Origin: Octopus sinensis
Taxonomy: Eukaryota
Assembly: GCF_006345805.1 (NCBI RefSeq)
Contig: NC_042998.1
Span: forward strand, 109,864,001 to 109,928,000
Length of the DNA stretch: 64,000 nucleotides
Reading direction: 5' to 3'
In this document: positions 42,975 to 54,952 of the stretch, piece after piece
Layout: every line of letters starts with the position of its first letter
How positions within the stretch are numbered: the first letter of the stretch is position 1
The notes under the pieces: generated by a model
The model's input: the letters and a program-made list of their open reading frames with translations, nothing else
What the model was told of the DNA's origin: nothing
The model's database searches: none
Translations under genes and position numbers: made by a program

Positions 42975-44587
42975 ACAACGTCTAACGGTAGCTATTGGAA
43001 CAACACTGTAATATGAGCTGATTTCATGATTTCGTTCAAGAAGCTGCACAGCTTTATGGTACGTATCTTAACATTTACTGTACGTATTTTAATATGATTT
43101 TATTCTTATGTATTGTACAGATTTTATGTGCTTTTAACGGTTTTCTAGTGGCGGACAGACGTAAAGTCGTATAAAATGACTTAACTTGATTTTTATTTTC
43201 CCATATATTATTTTTGAAAACCGACGTATAATCGAGAACGACTTAAATCGAAGCGACAGAAGTCGAGGTATGCCTGTGCACACACACAAACACCCCCCCC
43301 CCCACACACACACATACACATGCATGTATATACACATATATGTGAATATATGTATATGTGTCCGAAAGTGTCTGTACATGTATGTGCATGCGTATGTGTT
43401 TGCGAGTATATTTTTCTGCCTGTATGTATGAATAACGGGTTTTTGAAATTGTTTACCAGTGTATCCTTTCTAGGACTTAAATGCTCCATCTTCCATGTCT
43501 ATGTAGCATCTAGATTATGCTGGTACACAATTTTCAGTTACCAATATTAATAAGGTAAATTAGCAAGTATAAAGTTATTTCCAACTCTATAAAACAAAAT
43601 TCCGGGGACGTGATACAGAGCAACCACATCTGTACTGTGGTGCTGAGTATTGTCTTGCAAATACAGCCTAGTTTGACGATATTAATAAATAATGAATCTA
43701 GAAATAAATAAAATGTATGCAGATAATATTCTCATATATCAATTAAGTTTGTTAGATTGCAGCTATTCCACTTAGTTCCAAATTTCACCTCAATATAACT
43801 ACGGTATTTATATTCTTGCTTTCCGTTTAAATTATATTTTAACTCACTAAATCATATCCATAATTATTAATAGTAGTTCAGTTAGGTGATATTACTTTTT
43901 TTTTTTAGTCTGAAACAATATATACTTTTAAAACTTATAGTTATAGTGATAATATGAGTGGCTTTGTTGCAAGTTAAAGTTTATCGAAAGAAACTACTGA
44001 TTTGTATTGTATTAGGTGCATTAAAACAAATACCATTAGGTATATTAAAATACGATTAGGTAGTGTAGTAGCAAAAACGCGTGTCTGTATTTGGTGTCAG
44101 GTGCTGCAATGTATAAACTATAAAGGAACCAAAGTAATGAGTTTGAAATATTAAATGATTAATGCAGAAAATAAATATGATTCTAGAAAGCGTCCCATGG
44201 AGAATAACTGTATCTACTTTAAGATTAAATACTGAACATAGAAAACTATTCAAAACATTAACTAAGATCTATACAAAGAAAATAGCTCAATTTAATTTTC
44301 ACTATTTCCACGTCTATATACTCTAGGCTGTCTTCATGTGTTTCATGTAATGTTCTCTCTCTCTCTTTACATTCTTATAAAGAAAATGAATCGTCCTACA
44401 ATTACCTACAATAAGTAAGTAGTTCAATTTCGTTCAGTTCATCTACCTACTCATTGTATGCGTCTTTAAACGGCTGAGTATTCCATAATCACGTGCAACA
44501 TTGACTTAATATTGAGACAAAATCAGTATGATACAGAGTGCGATAAAGCTGGCATTTTGAATTACAAGAACAGTCCTACGTTTGTCA

Positions 44588-44720
44588 ATTGTCAGTTTCA
44601 GTCAGAAGCCTTGGAGTGATCTGAGGCTATAATAGAAGACGTTTACCCTAAATGTCACGGAGCGAAATCAGAAAAGGCCCCATGATTGCGAAGTGATTTA
44701 CTTCTAACTCCCCCGTGCAT
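44588..44720 (-). mobile_element. Degenerate CORE-type SINE 5' part
   Basis: Minus strand CCGTGACATTTAGGTAAACGTCTTCTATTATAGCCTC resembles the CORE-like block of the 29.7 and 52.0 kb copies. Confidence 0.55.
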
Positions 44721-44832
44721 GAAGTGAAGTCTATGTACATCATTGTTCTATGTATTTATTACTATATACATACATACATACATACATACATATCTATCTA
44801 TCTTTCTGTGTGTGTCTGACTGTCTGTCTGTA

Positions 44833-44895
<63 letters not shown>

Positions 44896-45604
44896 AACAG
44901 GGTTTATTTTTGGCATTGTTTACTCACTATTATATATGTTTCATTCGCTAATAGGAGTTACAAATTCACACATGCAGTAGAAAAGCAGACGTGCTTTAAG
45001 ACTTTAATTCCATCTATATTCACACATATGTATGTAAATATCTTTATATAAATGCATATGTGCGTATAGCGTGCTCTCTCATCATAACTATTTATACATT
45101 ATCATCATCGTTATCCTAAACGCCTATGTACATTGTGCTCTGCCTGCATATACATTGTGCTCTATCTTCATAACTGTATACTACTGTTCTCTTTCAGTAT
45201 ATCTATGTATATGGTTCTCTGTCTTCACTTCTTTATGTTTACTGTGCTGTGTACTGATATTTGTATACACGTGAGTATATATACTGTTCCATGTTTATAG
45301 CTACATACACATTATGCTGTGACTTAAAATAAGTTGCATTATAAATAATCCACAAATAATCTTCATCCCGTTAACCGTCAGGAGTATAATAAACCGCTTC
45401 GAAAACTTCACTTAATGCCTCATGTCGGATTGACTGTAAACAGTGTATAGATGTATATTATAAACTTTATTACCAACAATTTCGAAGCTGTATTTTCTTT
45501 GTATCTCAACAAAAAACACAAATTTATTTTTTAAATCTCATTTCATTTCTGTAATTAGACAATGGAATCCACGTACCGTAAAAATGTGTCTAATAGGTTT
45601 GCTG

Positions 45605-45740
45605 TATAGGTCAGATGATTGTTTCGCAACTAAGCGGGTTCAGATTCAAAAGAACTGCACGGCAACTTGGACAAGTGTATTCTGCCATGAATTCTGATCG
45701 ACCGAAGCATTGTAAATAAAATTTAATTGACAGATATTTG
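45605..45740 (+). mobile_element. Degenerate CORE-type SINE 5' part
   Basis: GGGTTCAG...CTGCACGGCAACTTGGACAAGTGTATTCTGCC...CGACCGAAGCATTGT. Confidence 0.55.
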
Positions 45741-46344
45741 ATAAACAGTGCGTCTGCTCTTGTTCCTGAATAGCGTATTTAAGTTATGGGTTAACTCTGC
45801 ATGTATCAGAGTTATTTCACTTGTATTCCGTGACATGCCCTAAATAATCTTGGAGATACGAAGAAAGCTTAAAGATGTTACTTTTTTCTATTTAAATAAT
45901 AAGCTACCATATTAGTAAACGAGGCCCAACTAACAGAGACGACCTTAACTTTTAGCTGGATAGACTACAAAAAATCTTATGATATTATTCCATACTGTTG
46001 ACTATTGAAGTATCTGAGAACGCGTGGGATCAATGAAAAAAAACTTCAGATCGTGGGAAGTAGAAATAACATGCACAAATGGATCGTTATGAAACGAGAA
46101 AATACGTAGGGGTTATTCTAGGGAAACTTGTCTTTTCTATTATGTTTTGTTATTACGTAAGTCGGTTTGACAAAAATACTAAGAAAATCCAGGCCTGCCT
46201 ATGAATTTGCCAAAACTAAGGCGAAAATTAATAATACAGAAATGAAAAAGATCTGAACATATAAAACGGTCAGAATAGTTAGAAAAGATAAGTGATAAAG
46301 TTTGGGATAAATAAGTACGCAATATTAATTATAGAGAAAAGCTA

Positions 46345-46918
46345 AAAGGTCAGTTCTAGTGGTGTACATTTACAACAAGAGGATATCATAAACTTACTGA
46401 GAAATAATGAGGGATACACGTACATTGTAATGATCAAGGACGAGAGGATAATGTGGAAGGAGAAATGAGAGAAAATCTCCAAAGAATATAAGTGAATAGT
46501 TAGGAATGTGCTCGAAACAAAATTAAATGCTGGAAATATTATCAAAGCAATGAATACATGACCGGTGCCACTATTAAAGATACTCTGTATCTTCTCTAAA
46601 ATACACAGAGTGGCAGGAATTAGACAGAAGAACTGGAAAACTGCTTCCAATGCACAGCGTGCCCCATTTTGAAAGTAATATCGACAAGCTCTTCGGACCA
46701 AGAAAGGAATGAGGCAGACAATTTTTAAACGCAGAAGGCATAATTGGTACTACAATATTGGGTTTCAAAAAGCTATGTTTTTACGTAGTGAAGAAAGGAT
46801 ACTATCGGCGTCTAGAAATATTCAAAGCGTTACTAAAGAAGGAGGATAATTCAAGAACAAAAGGAAGAACAGGACAAACAACTGGAAATAGAAGGAATTA
46901 CATGAATAATTCATGCAA
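46345..46918 (+). pseudogene. R4/Dong-clade non-LTR retrotransposon fragment (late RT region)
   Basis: NNEGYTYI...KISKEYK*IVRNVLETKLNAGNIIKAMNT*, then after a frameshift ELDRRTGKLLPMHSVPHFESNIDKLFGPRKE*GR and WK*KELH[E]xF. Matches the R4 pattern EGYKYLG/KLNxGNxIKAINTW/LDRKTRK/HPKSDVDRLY/LHGQF. Confidence 0.82.
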
Positions 46919-47004
46919 AATCCAGGACCAACATCCTCGATGTTGCATGAATTGTTCATGTAATTCCTTCTATTTCCAGTTGTTTCTCCTGTTCTTCCTT
47001 TTGT
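46857..47004. repeat. 62-bp inverted repeat (2 mismatches, 24-nt loop)
   Basis: Arms 46857-46918 and 46943-47004 compared base by base. Confidence 0.92.
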
Positions 47005-49213
47005 AAATACCATTTATTGTGGCTGAGGTGTAGGAACCTGGATCGAGAAACCGAATAGCTAGTTATGCTGATATTTACAGCAAATTATATCGTCACAACA
47101 CTGCTAACGTAATGATGCTTTTGATGTATATTGCATTTAACTTCATTAAATTATTTGATGTTTCGCATCATGTTGCACATAACGCGAATATCTATGTCTA
47201 AACACAATTTTATGGATATTAAAAAAGTAACCGAGTTGAGCTCAATGTATTTAGATACGTGTTTTATCAATGAGGAAGCTGTATAGGTGGTCATAATATC
47301 TGCTAAAAATAGCAGTCACATATCTCTAAAATCACACTTCACCGCTTTACAAACAGAAAGGTACACATTAAATAATGTTTACGGAAATACCACGAACAAA
47401 AACTGTATGGCCATTGCTGGAATCATTTTGGTTATATTTCATTTCTATGAGACTTGACCTTGACCTAAATGACAACGTGAAGGATTGAAATACGAAACCA
47501 CGCGTGAGTTTGAACTCTGAAATTAATGCATTCAGCTGTTTCTGTAAAACACTTGTCTATTTACTACAACCTAAACATTATAATTTGCATTTCGGAAAAT
47601 AAGTGAAATTAAACGAAACTGTGTATAACCGTGTTCATGCATGTGCTTTAGTGATTCTATTTGCAATCGCTGGAAAGGGAATATACAGCGGAATACGAAA
47701 TCAATACAATTAAACGTAAACATAATATTAAGAGAGAGAACAATACATTTTACAGATTCTCTCTGGTTCGGTTGGTGCAGCCTATGATACTGAAAGTGTC
47801 AACAAAATTTCATCTTCATAAACAAATTCCGTGATCTAGAAAGAGCAATCATATACTATATATGTTGCATCATAAAATACTTTTGTCAATATTCTACATT
47901 TCGTACATTTGATAATTGTCATATCTAAATACATGTGACAAAACTATATGCCTACTATGAAAACAAACCAGTATCATAGCAAGGCAATATATACCAAGGA
48001 AACGTATAGAGTCAAATTCTGGGGTAATAACAAAAATAATTTACAACCAAGTAATAAGATAAAAACGCACACATTTTCAAAAACAAATAGGAAAACGAAA
48101 TTAAGTTATACAGAAGGCGACAGTGAAGAGTAAGAATAAACGGAAAGGAAAAAAAATCTGGAGAAACTGAAAAAACAAACAAAAACACAAAACTAAAACA
48201 AAATGCATATGAGTGTGAATGTGTGTGCGTGTGTGTATAGTATATGTGTCATCGCGCGCACGTGCGTGTGTGTATGTGGTTCTGTCTCTTTCTATATATA
48301 CACACGCACAGAAACATGAGCACATATAAATACATTGACGCACACACAGCTATAACAAGGTTTATACATACAAACCGACACACAAACGTAAGCAATACAC
48401 AAACATACACACAAACACACACATACTACAATGACTCATTCTTACGAATTTACAGAAAACCCCATTTACACTCAGACGGCATAAATTTACACTCAGACAC
48501 ACACACGCACACTCGTAATTACAAATAGACACATACACACAGCACACACATACCCGCAGTAAGACTAAAGCGAAGATAAACACATTTGAAATAGAATTCA
48601 CCGAAAAGAAAATATATTTCTTTAATTAATTGAATTTCTTTCTTCTAAGGTAGTTTCGTTAATGTTGATGATTGCAAATGGAATGATTTCACTGCGAAAA
48701 GACATTCTCTTCATTTTGTGAATCATAGAATATCTCTTTGCACCACCATACAACACAATTTACAATCAGGCACGTGGTATCGAATTCTTTCTTTCTTATT
48801 TTTTTTACCCCAGCATTCTTTATTGCAATATTTTTACTATTGCCATCAATAACGATGCTGACTGACTGTTTGCTCTTAGCTTTAGTGATTTAATGCTGAA
48901 AGTGGTTCATTGTACAGCGAAACAATAGAAAGGTAAATATAAATGAAAATATAAGACAACAAGCAAAGCATCAGCGTAAACAATAGAATTGAACAGTGAA
49001 TAACGGTAGCAAAACAATACGATAGTATATTGGGGAGACAGAAATAAAAATGCGTTTTACGTTACATCTGTTATAGTTTTTTTTCGCAGACAATGTACTT
49101 CAGTCAGTGACATAAAATACTCAATACTCAACATACAGTCTGTGTATACATACATACATGCATACATACATATTTATACATACACACACACATATATACA
49201 CATAGACACATAC

Positions 49214-49259
<46 letters not shown>

Positions 49260-49485
49260 CCACATACATAGATACATACATGTAACCTTACATATAGGCA
49301 CACACGAACATAGTGGAACACAGTTTTATGAGTATACATAAAACTATTTCTACAGTTATATAATATTTATACAACGTTTATATTTTATATATATACTCAC
49401 ATATATACGTACGTACATACATTCGTACATACATATATACATACATACATAAATACATACATACATACATACATACATACATACA

Positions 49486-49690
49486 TGTGGAGCGTTGGCG
49501 AATTTTTCTTTCGACTTACTTTTCTCTTGGCCTTTCCTCTGTCTCCTGTTTCTGACGAAGAGCTTTGCTCGAGACGTAAAACTACCCTTCTCTCCTTCCC
49601 TGAGCGTGTGTCAATATTTTGCATGTACCACGTCCTCGCGTTTTTGCTTTTCTTTCTTGTGTTTTTTCTTCGCTCTTTTGGATTATATAT
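49486..49690 (+). mobile_element. PLE pLTR-like fragment with near-intact minimal hammerhead
   Basis: GTTT CTGACGA A GAGC TTT GCTC GAGAC GTA AAAC at 49548-49582, with one core change (GAAA to GAGA). Followed by (TA)n. Confidence 0.78.
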
Positions 49691-49895
49691 ATATATATAT
49701 ATATATTATACTAAGCAATAAAGGGTTTAGCAACGAATTGCCTTACCACATACCGAATTTAGAAATAGCAGTCAAAGGGTTTTAGCTATTTCTTCTACTA
49801 AAAAGGAGATCTCAGTAAAAACAGCAATTTGAAGGCAGACACAAACAGGTAAGAGAGAATGAATTGACAGCAATCTATCATACATTTTTAAGTTA

Positions 49896-50002
49896 TCTAC
49901 GGACGTACGTTTCGAAATCAAGTTTTTAGGAAAGCATAAGAATTAAATATTAAATATTAAATAATTCTATCTTACCGAAACTTCTTTTCTCTTCAGCGTA
50001 GA
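49896..50002 (-). ncRNA. Identical mirror copy of the hammerhead ribozyme
   Basis: Exact reverse complement of 50287-50393, lying within the left arm. Confidence 0.8.
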
Positions 50003-50286
50003 ATACTATAATCATAAATGATTATATATTGAATTTTGAGATACTAGAAGGCATCAACTCAACTCAGTATCAGAGCGAGCTAGAATCCGCAACTAGTATC
50101 ACCGAATTCAATTTGTGAATGAAACGATTGTGTCACCAGCCCCTTCCCACCCGCGTGTAGCCAAAACAAGATGCTGTGGTCATCTACTGAGATAAAATAT
50201 GGTTATCCGTAATAATGAAGGGTGAGTTGAGTTGATGCCTTCTAGTATCTCAAAATTCAATATATAATCATTTATGATTATAGTAT

Positions 50287-50393
50287 TCTACGCTGAAGAG
50301 AAAAGAAGTTTCGGTAAGATAGAATTATTTAATATTTAATATTTAATTCTTATGCTTTCCTAAAAACTTGATTTCGAAACGTACGTCCGTAGA
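50287..50393 (+). ncRNA. Type I hammerhead ribozyme with long stem II
   Basis: Stem I TCTACG/CGTAGA; core CTGAAGA (50293-50299); stem II G50300-C50375, extensively paired; GAAA (50376-50379); palindromic stem III ACGTACGT; GTC cleavage triplet ending at 50387. Confidence 0.82.
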
Positions 50394-50924
50394 TAACTTA
50401 AAAATGTATGATAGATTGCTGTCAATTCATTCTCTCTTACCTGTTTGTGTCTGCCTTCAAATTGCTGTTTTTACTGAGATCTCCTTTTTAGTAGAAGAAA
50501 TAGCTAAAACCCTTTGACTGCTATTTCTAAATTCGGTATGTGGTAAGGCAATTCGTTGCTAAACCCTTTATTGCTTAGTATTACTTAAATTTTCCTCGAA
50601 TGAGGCTTTTACATGCCGAAGACTACTTGGTGTAATTGATAATTATTCCAAATTAATTAATTTCACCCTTCATTATTACGGATATATATACATTATATAT
50701 ATATAATTTCTTGCACACAGACTCACATATATGATATGACCATAGTAGTCTTTCGTTGATCCAGAAAGATAGTCCAATAATTTCTTGCTAAACAACCTAC
50801 GAAAATGGTTAGTTTATAGTAATCAAATGCATGTGCTGTGCTTTAACTCAGTATTTGCACCAAATCGACGTTGTCTGAAGAGGTGCACAGTGTACTACAC
50901 GTCAGATGACGAAATGATCGCAAT

Positions 50925-51036
50925 GAAATATGAGATAAAGAGGTTTGCTCAAGAAGCTATAGCAATACCGGCCCCAAGAATGGAAACCACCATCTCGCGA
51001 TCGTGAGGGCAACCTCTCGCCTGTAGGCCATGCGCC

Positions 51037-51039
<3 letters not shown>
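50925..51039 (-). mobile_element. SINE head plus CORE-like box, 3'-truncated
   Basis: Minus strand GAAGGCGCATGGCC...CTCACGATCGCGAGATGGTGGTTTCCATTC...TTCTTGAGCAAACCTCTTTATCTCA parallels the 63645 head. Confidence 0.7.
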
Positions 51040-51067
<28 letters not shown>

Positions 51068-52019
51068 TTCTGGGACGGGTTGTGCTATGGGTTCCGAGTA
51101 AAACTGTTCACTTCGCATTGCTCTGCGATCGCTTCGACGCCTAACAAGTGGACATCACGCGTCTGTTCAGGTAACATCAATTTGATGGACGAAACGAGCT
51201 AATGCCCAGCACACATAATTGGTCACTATAAACAAACCATTTGTGCATGTTGTTTAGCAAGAAATTGCAGGACTGTATTTCTGGGACTATGAGAGACTAC
51301 TATTCATTGTGTGTATGTGTGTGAGTATGTGTATGAGCGTTTGTGTGTGTATGTGAGTGTTTGCGTGTGTTTGTGTGAGTGTGCGTGCGTCTGTGTTTGT
51401 GTGTGTATACACACAAACACAAAAATACAAACACACAATACCCACTAATCAGAACTAGAGTTAAAATAATGTAATATGATAATTTAAACAAAGTAATGAA
51501 CGTTGAAGAAAAACGTAAGGTAGCTAGTGGTGTGAATTTAAATACTATAGACAAATACAGGTATATCAAATATCATACAAATATCATGATACAGCTAATT
51601 ATTCACTGCATCTAGAGGATGTCTCATAAACAGGAGACAATCTCAAGAATTAAGAATTCTTCAATATTTTCATGCTAATAAAGAAAAGGACAAGTTTAAT
51701 ATCTGCAGATAAGAGGACACTTCCCGAGACGTGTTTCTCGTTCAATAGCCACAGTCAGCAAAAATAATTACGAAAATTTATAAATGTTTTCTATTCTGTT
51801 TTCTATGCACACCCAAGTCCTTTGGCTACTTGAGATAAGACAGTCCAACTGTCGTGCTGACAACGGCGATTGACGAAGACGATAGTGTCTTTGACTGTCT
51901 TGTTACTTCCAGAATGTAAACTTATCTTTTTTCCATAATGGCATATACACATATGTATGTGTGAGTGTCTGTTTGTCGATTTTGTCCACCCACATATTTC
52001 TTTGGTGGCGGAAACTAGG

Positions 52020-52172
52020 ACTCTTTCCGTCTACAAAATCCATTCACAAGGATTTGGTCAACCTGAGAGAATAAAGCAGAAGACTCTCGCCCAAGGTGCC
52101 TCGTTGTGTAACTGAATGCGGTACCATGTAGTTAGGAAACAACTATCTTAACACGCTGCCACGCGTGCGCCT
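52020..52172 (-). mobile_element. CORE-type SINE 5' part
   Basis: Minus strand AGGCGCACGCGTGGC...GAGGCACCTTGGGCGAGAGTCTTCTG...TTGTGAATGGATTTTGTAGACGGAAA. Confidence 0.7.
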
Positions 52173-52195
52173 ACATATATACATACATATACATA

Positions 52196-52229
<34 letters not shown>

Positions 52230-52242
<13 letters not shown>

Positions 52243-52564
52243 GTATACACACACATATATGTATATATTGTATTTTATATTATTATAAATATCTCTCTAT
52301 ATGTATAAAGAGATTTATAATAATATAAAATACAATCATAATTAAGGGTACTGAGGTTATCATGCCTGTACGTTCAAAATAGACGCTAAATCGTCGAACC
52401 ACTCTAAACCATCACTTTTATAATACACAAAATGTTTATTATAAAAATGTTGATATATATACACATATGTATATATATATATATATTTGTATATATGTAT
52501 ATATAGATATATATGTGTGTGTATGTGTTTGTGTGTGTATGTATATATATATATGTATATATAT

Positions 52565-52595
<31 letters not shown>

Positions 52596-52894
52596 GTATA
52601 CACACACATATATGTATATATTGTATTTTATATTATTATAAATATCTCTCTATATGTATAAAGAGATTTATAATAATATAAAATACAATCATAATTAAGG
52701 GTACTGAGGTTATCATGCCTGTACGTTCAAAATAGACGCTAAATCGTCGAACCACTCTAAACCATCACTTTTATAATACACAAAATGTTTATTATAAAAA
52801 TGTTGATATATATACACATATGTATATATATATATATATTTGTATATATGTATATATAGATATATATGTGTGTGTATGTGTTTGTGTGTGTATG

Positions 52895-52915
<21 letters not shown>
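52230..52915. repeat. 353-bp tandem duplication of AT-rich DNA
   Basis: Identical unique core (TAAGGGTACTGAGGTTATCATGCC...CCATCACTTTT) at an offset of 353 bp. Confidence 0.92.
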
Positions 52916-52944
<29 letters not shown>

Positions 52945-52945
<1 letters not shown>

Positions 52946-53250
52946 GATCATACGCCTCATTGCCCAGATGTCACCAGCTGTTTATGACAGCACGGATGAT
53001 CTCCTCAGAAGGATCAAAGACAGTAACAACACATGCAACCTGACAGGATGCATAGTGGGCAGCATGGATGTGATATCCCTACACCCATCCATTGACGTGG
53101 ATTTTGCGGTGGAGAAGTGCGTGGAGATTGTCAGCGAGAGCGAAGTGGAGTTCTGCAGTGTCAACAGGGAGGAACTGGGCCTCCTACTCAGACTGACACA
53201 TGACAATGAATGTCTTGACAAACATGACCTTAGAAGTTTCTGTCCCTGTA
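52945..53250 (+). pseudogene. Penelope-like reverse transcriptase fragment
   Basis: DSTDDLLRRIKDSN...CIVGSMDVISLHPSIDVDFAVEKC matches the PLE RT motif with the first catalytic D (SxDVxSLYPSI). Confidence 0.82.
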
Positions 53251-53635
53251 GACGCTTAAGAAGTAGCATCCTCCTAGCGTTCATAATAATGTTTCTATCG
53301 TCTTGGCTCAACAGCCCTCACCGTTTGTTTTTACTGTCTTGTTCTCACTGTCCTGTTCTTGTTACCACTTTCACCCTCCGCAAAAAATCCCAAATTTTAT
53401 TTAATTTGCTTTCCGGGAAGGACTGTTTCAACGAAGTCGCGTATTGTCCTTATCTTCGTGACGCGGAGTAGATGAAACAGGGGCAACTGATGAAGGGGAA
53501 TATTCTTTATGTTGCATGTCTCATTTCTCTGTTTTTTTTTTCGTTGTTCGAAAAAAGTTCGTTTTCGATATTTTTGCTTTTATGTTTTCGTTTCTCATTG
53601 CATTCAACGTTTTTTGATGTCCTGTACCCATATAT
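53251..53635 (+). mobile_element. Pyrimidine-rich segment fused to the RT fragment, probably its 3' UTR/pLTR
   Basis: T-rich composition like the other pLTR-like fragments; ends at a TA-rich tract. The assignment is inference. Confidence 0.4.
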
Positions 53636-53748
53636 GCATGTATATATACATATATATGTAGGTATGTACATATATGTATGCATATAAGCATATATTTATA
53701 TATCATTTATATTATTATATGATCGAACGCCGCGCATCCTTTTTCCAA

Positions 53749-53784
<36 letters not shown>

Positions 53785-54189
53785 AGAGAGAGAGAGAGAG
53801 AGAGAGAGATGGATAAATATCATTGAGACTCGAAAGATAGGCCGTTATGAACATTTCGAGCAATGTAAAGAGGATTCAGTAGAGAAATAGTGTGATGTCA
53901 TGGGTAGTGTCGCTAGGCCTAACCCAAGGTAAACGAAATACCATCAATATCTGTACCTAGAGAAAGCAGGCCACTGAAATTTGGTTAAAAGTAGACGATG
54001 GTCAATAGTTCAAACTATATTGAATGAAGCCTAGTAATCAGTTGATCTAGCAAGTGAAGCTTCATTTGCGTGAGAGGCGCTGGGGGAACAATAATGATGT
54101 GGAGAGAAAAGTTCTGAAACGGCGTGCATTCCCTAGTTTCCGTTATTCGTAGTTTTCAATTGGTAGCGCTTGTATTTGCAAACATTAAT

Positions 54190-54229
54190 GATGATGATGA
54201 TGATAATAGTAATAAGGATGAAAATAATG

Positions 54230-54278
<49 letters not shown>

Positions 54279-54286
54279 TGATGAGG

Positions 54287-54355
<69 letters not shown>

Positions 54356-54396
54356 TTGAGAAAGATTCTTTCGAGTTTGGTTAATTCACCTCTGGA

Positions 54397-54434
<38 letters not shown>

Positions 54435-54442
54435 TGATGAGG

Positions 54443-54499
<57 letters not shown>

Positions 54500-54801
54500 T
54501 TGAGAAAGATTCTTTCGGGTTTGGTTAATTCACCTCTGGAAACATGGGTGTTTTGTTCAACATCCATAAACAACCCTTATTCAGGGACCTTTTGAGTGGG
54601 ATGGGTTACTCGACCAGAAGAAAATTCTAACTGGGCCTCAACTGCAAGGTCATGAGCTGTTTATCTTGATATGAGATCACTAATTCGTTGTGTTGCATGT
54701 GCCTAGTGTACCCTTATCAGACGGGTAGTCATGATGGGTATACTGGGCTTCGTATATTTTACCCCAGTGTCACTTTGATGACATACACTGCTCCCTCACT
54801 C

Positions 54802-54832
<31 letters not shown>

Positions 54833-54898
54833 TAATAATAATAATAATAATAATAATAAAATAATATAATAATAATAATAATAATAATGATGATGAGG

Positions 54899-54952
<54 letters not shown>

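Larger units (their letters stand above)
40886..43276 (-). mobile_element. Tigger/pogo-family DNA transposon, internally deleted, with nested SINE
   Basis: Termini TA|CAAGCATACCTC and GAGGTATGCCTG|TG form an 11/12 inverted match of the Tigger-type CAGGCATACCTC. Transposase remnant inside. Confidence 0.85.
49708..50684. mobile_element. Hammerhead-bearing PLE-pLTR/retrozyme-like insertion with 359-bp perfect inverted arms
   Basis: 49708-50066 is the exact reverse complement of 50223-50581, and 50204-50225 is the exact reverse complement of 50663-50684. Both ends abut (TA)n. Confidence 0.8.

Noticed and set aside
52866-53471. 201-aa ORF as an intact gene
   Set aside because: It is a chimera of microsatellite, PLE RT fragment and non-coding repeat.
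53485-53560. CTGATGA as a hammerhead core
   Set aside because: No stem II closing onto a downstream GAAA, and the upstream GAAAC is too close for a type II topology.
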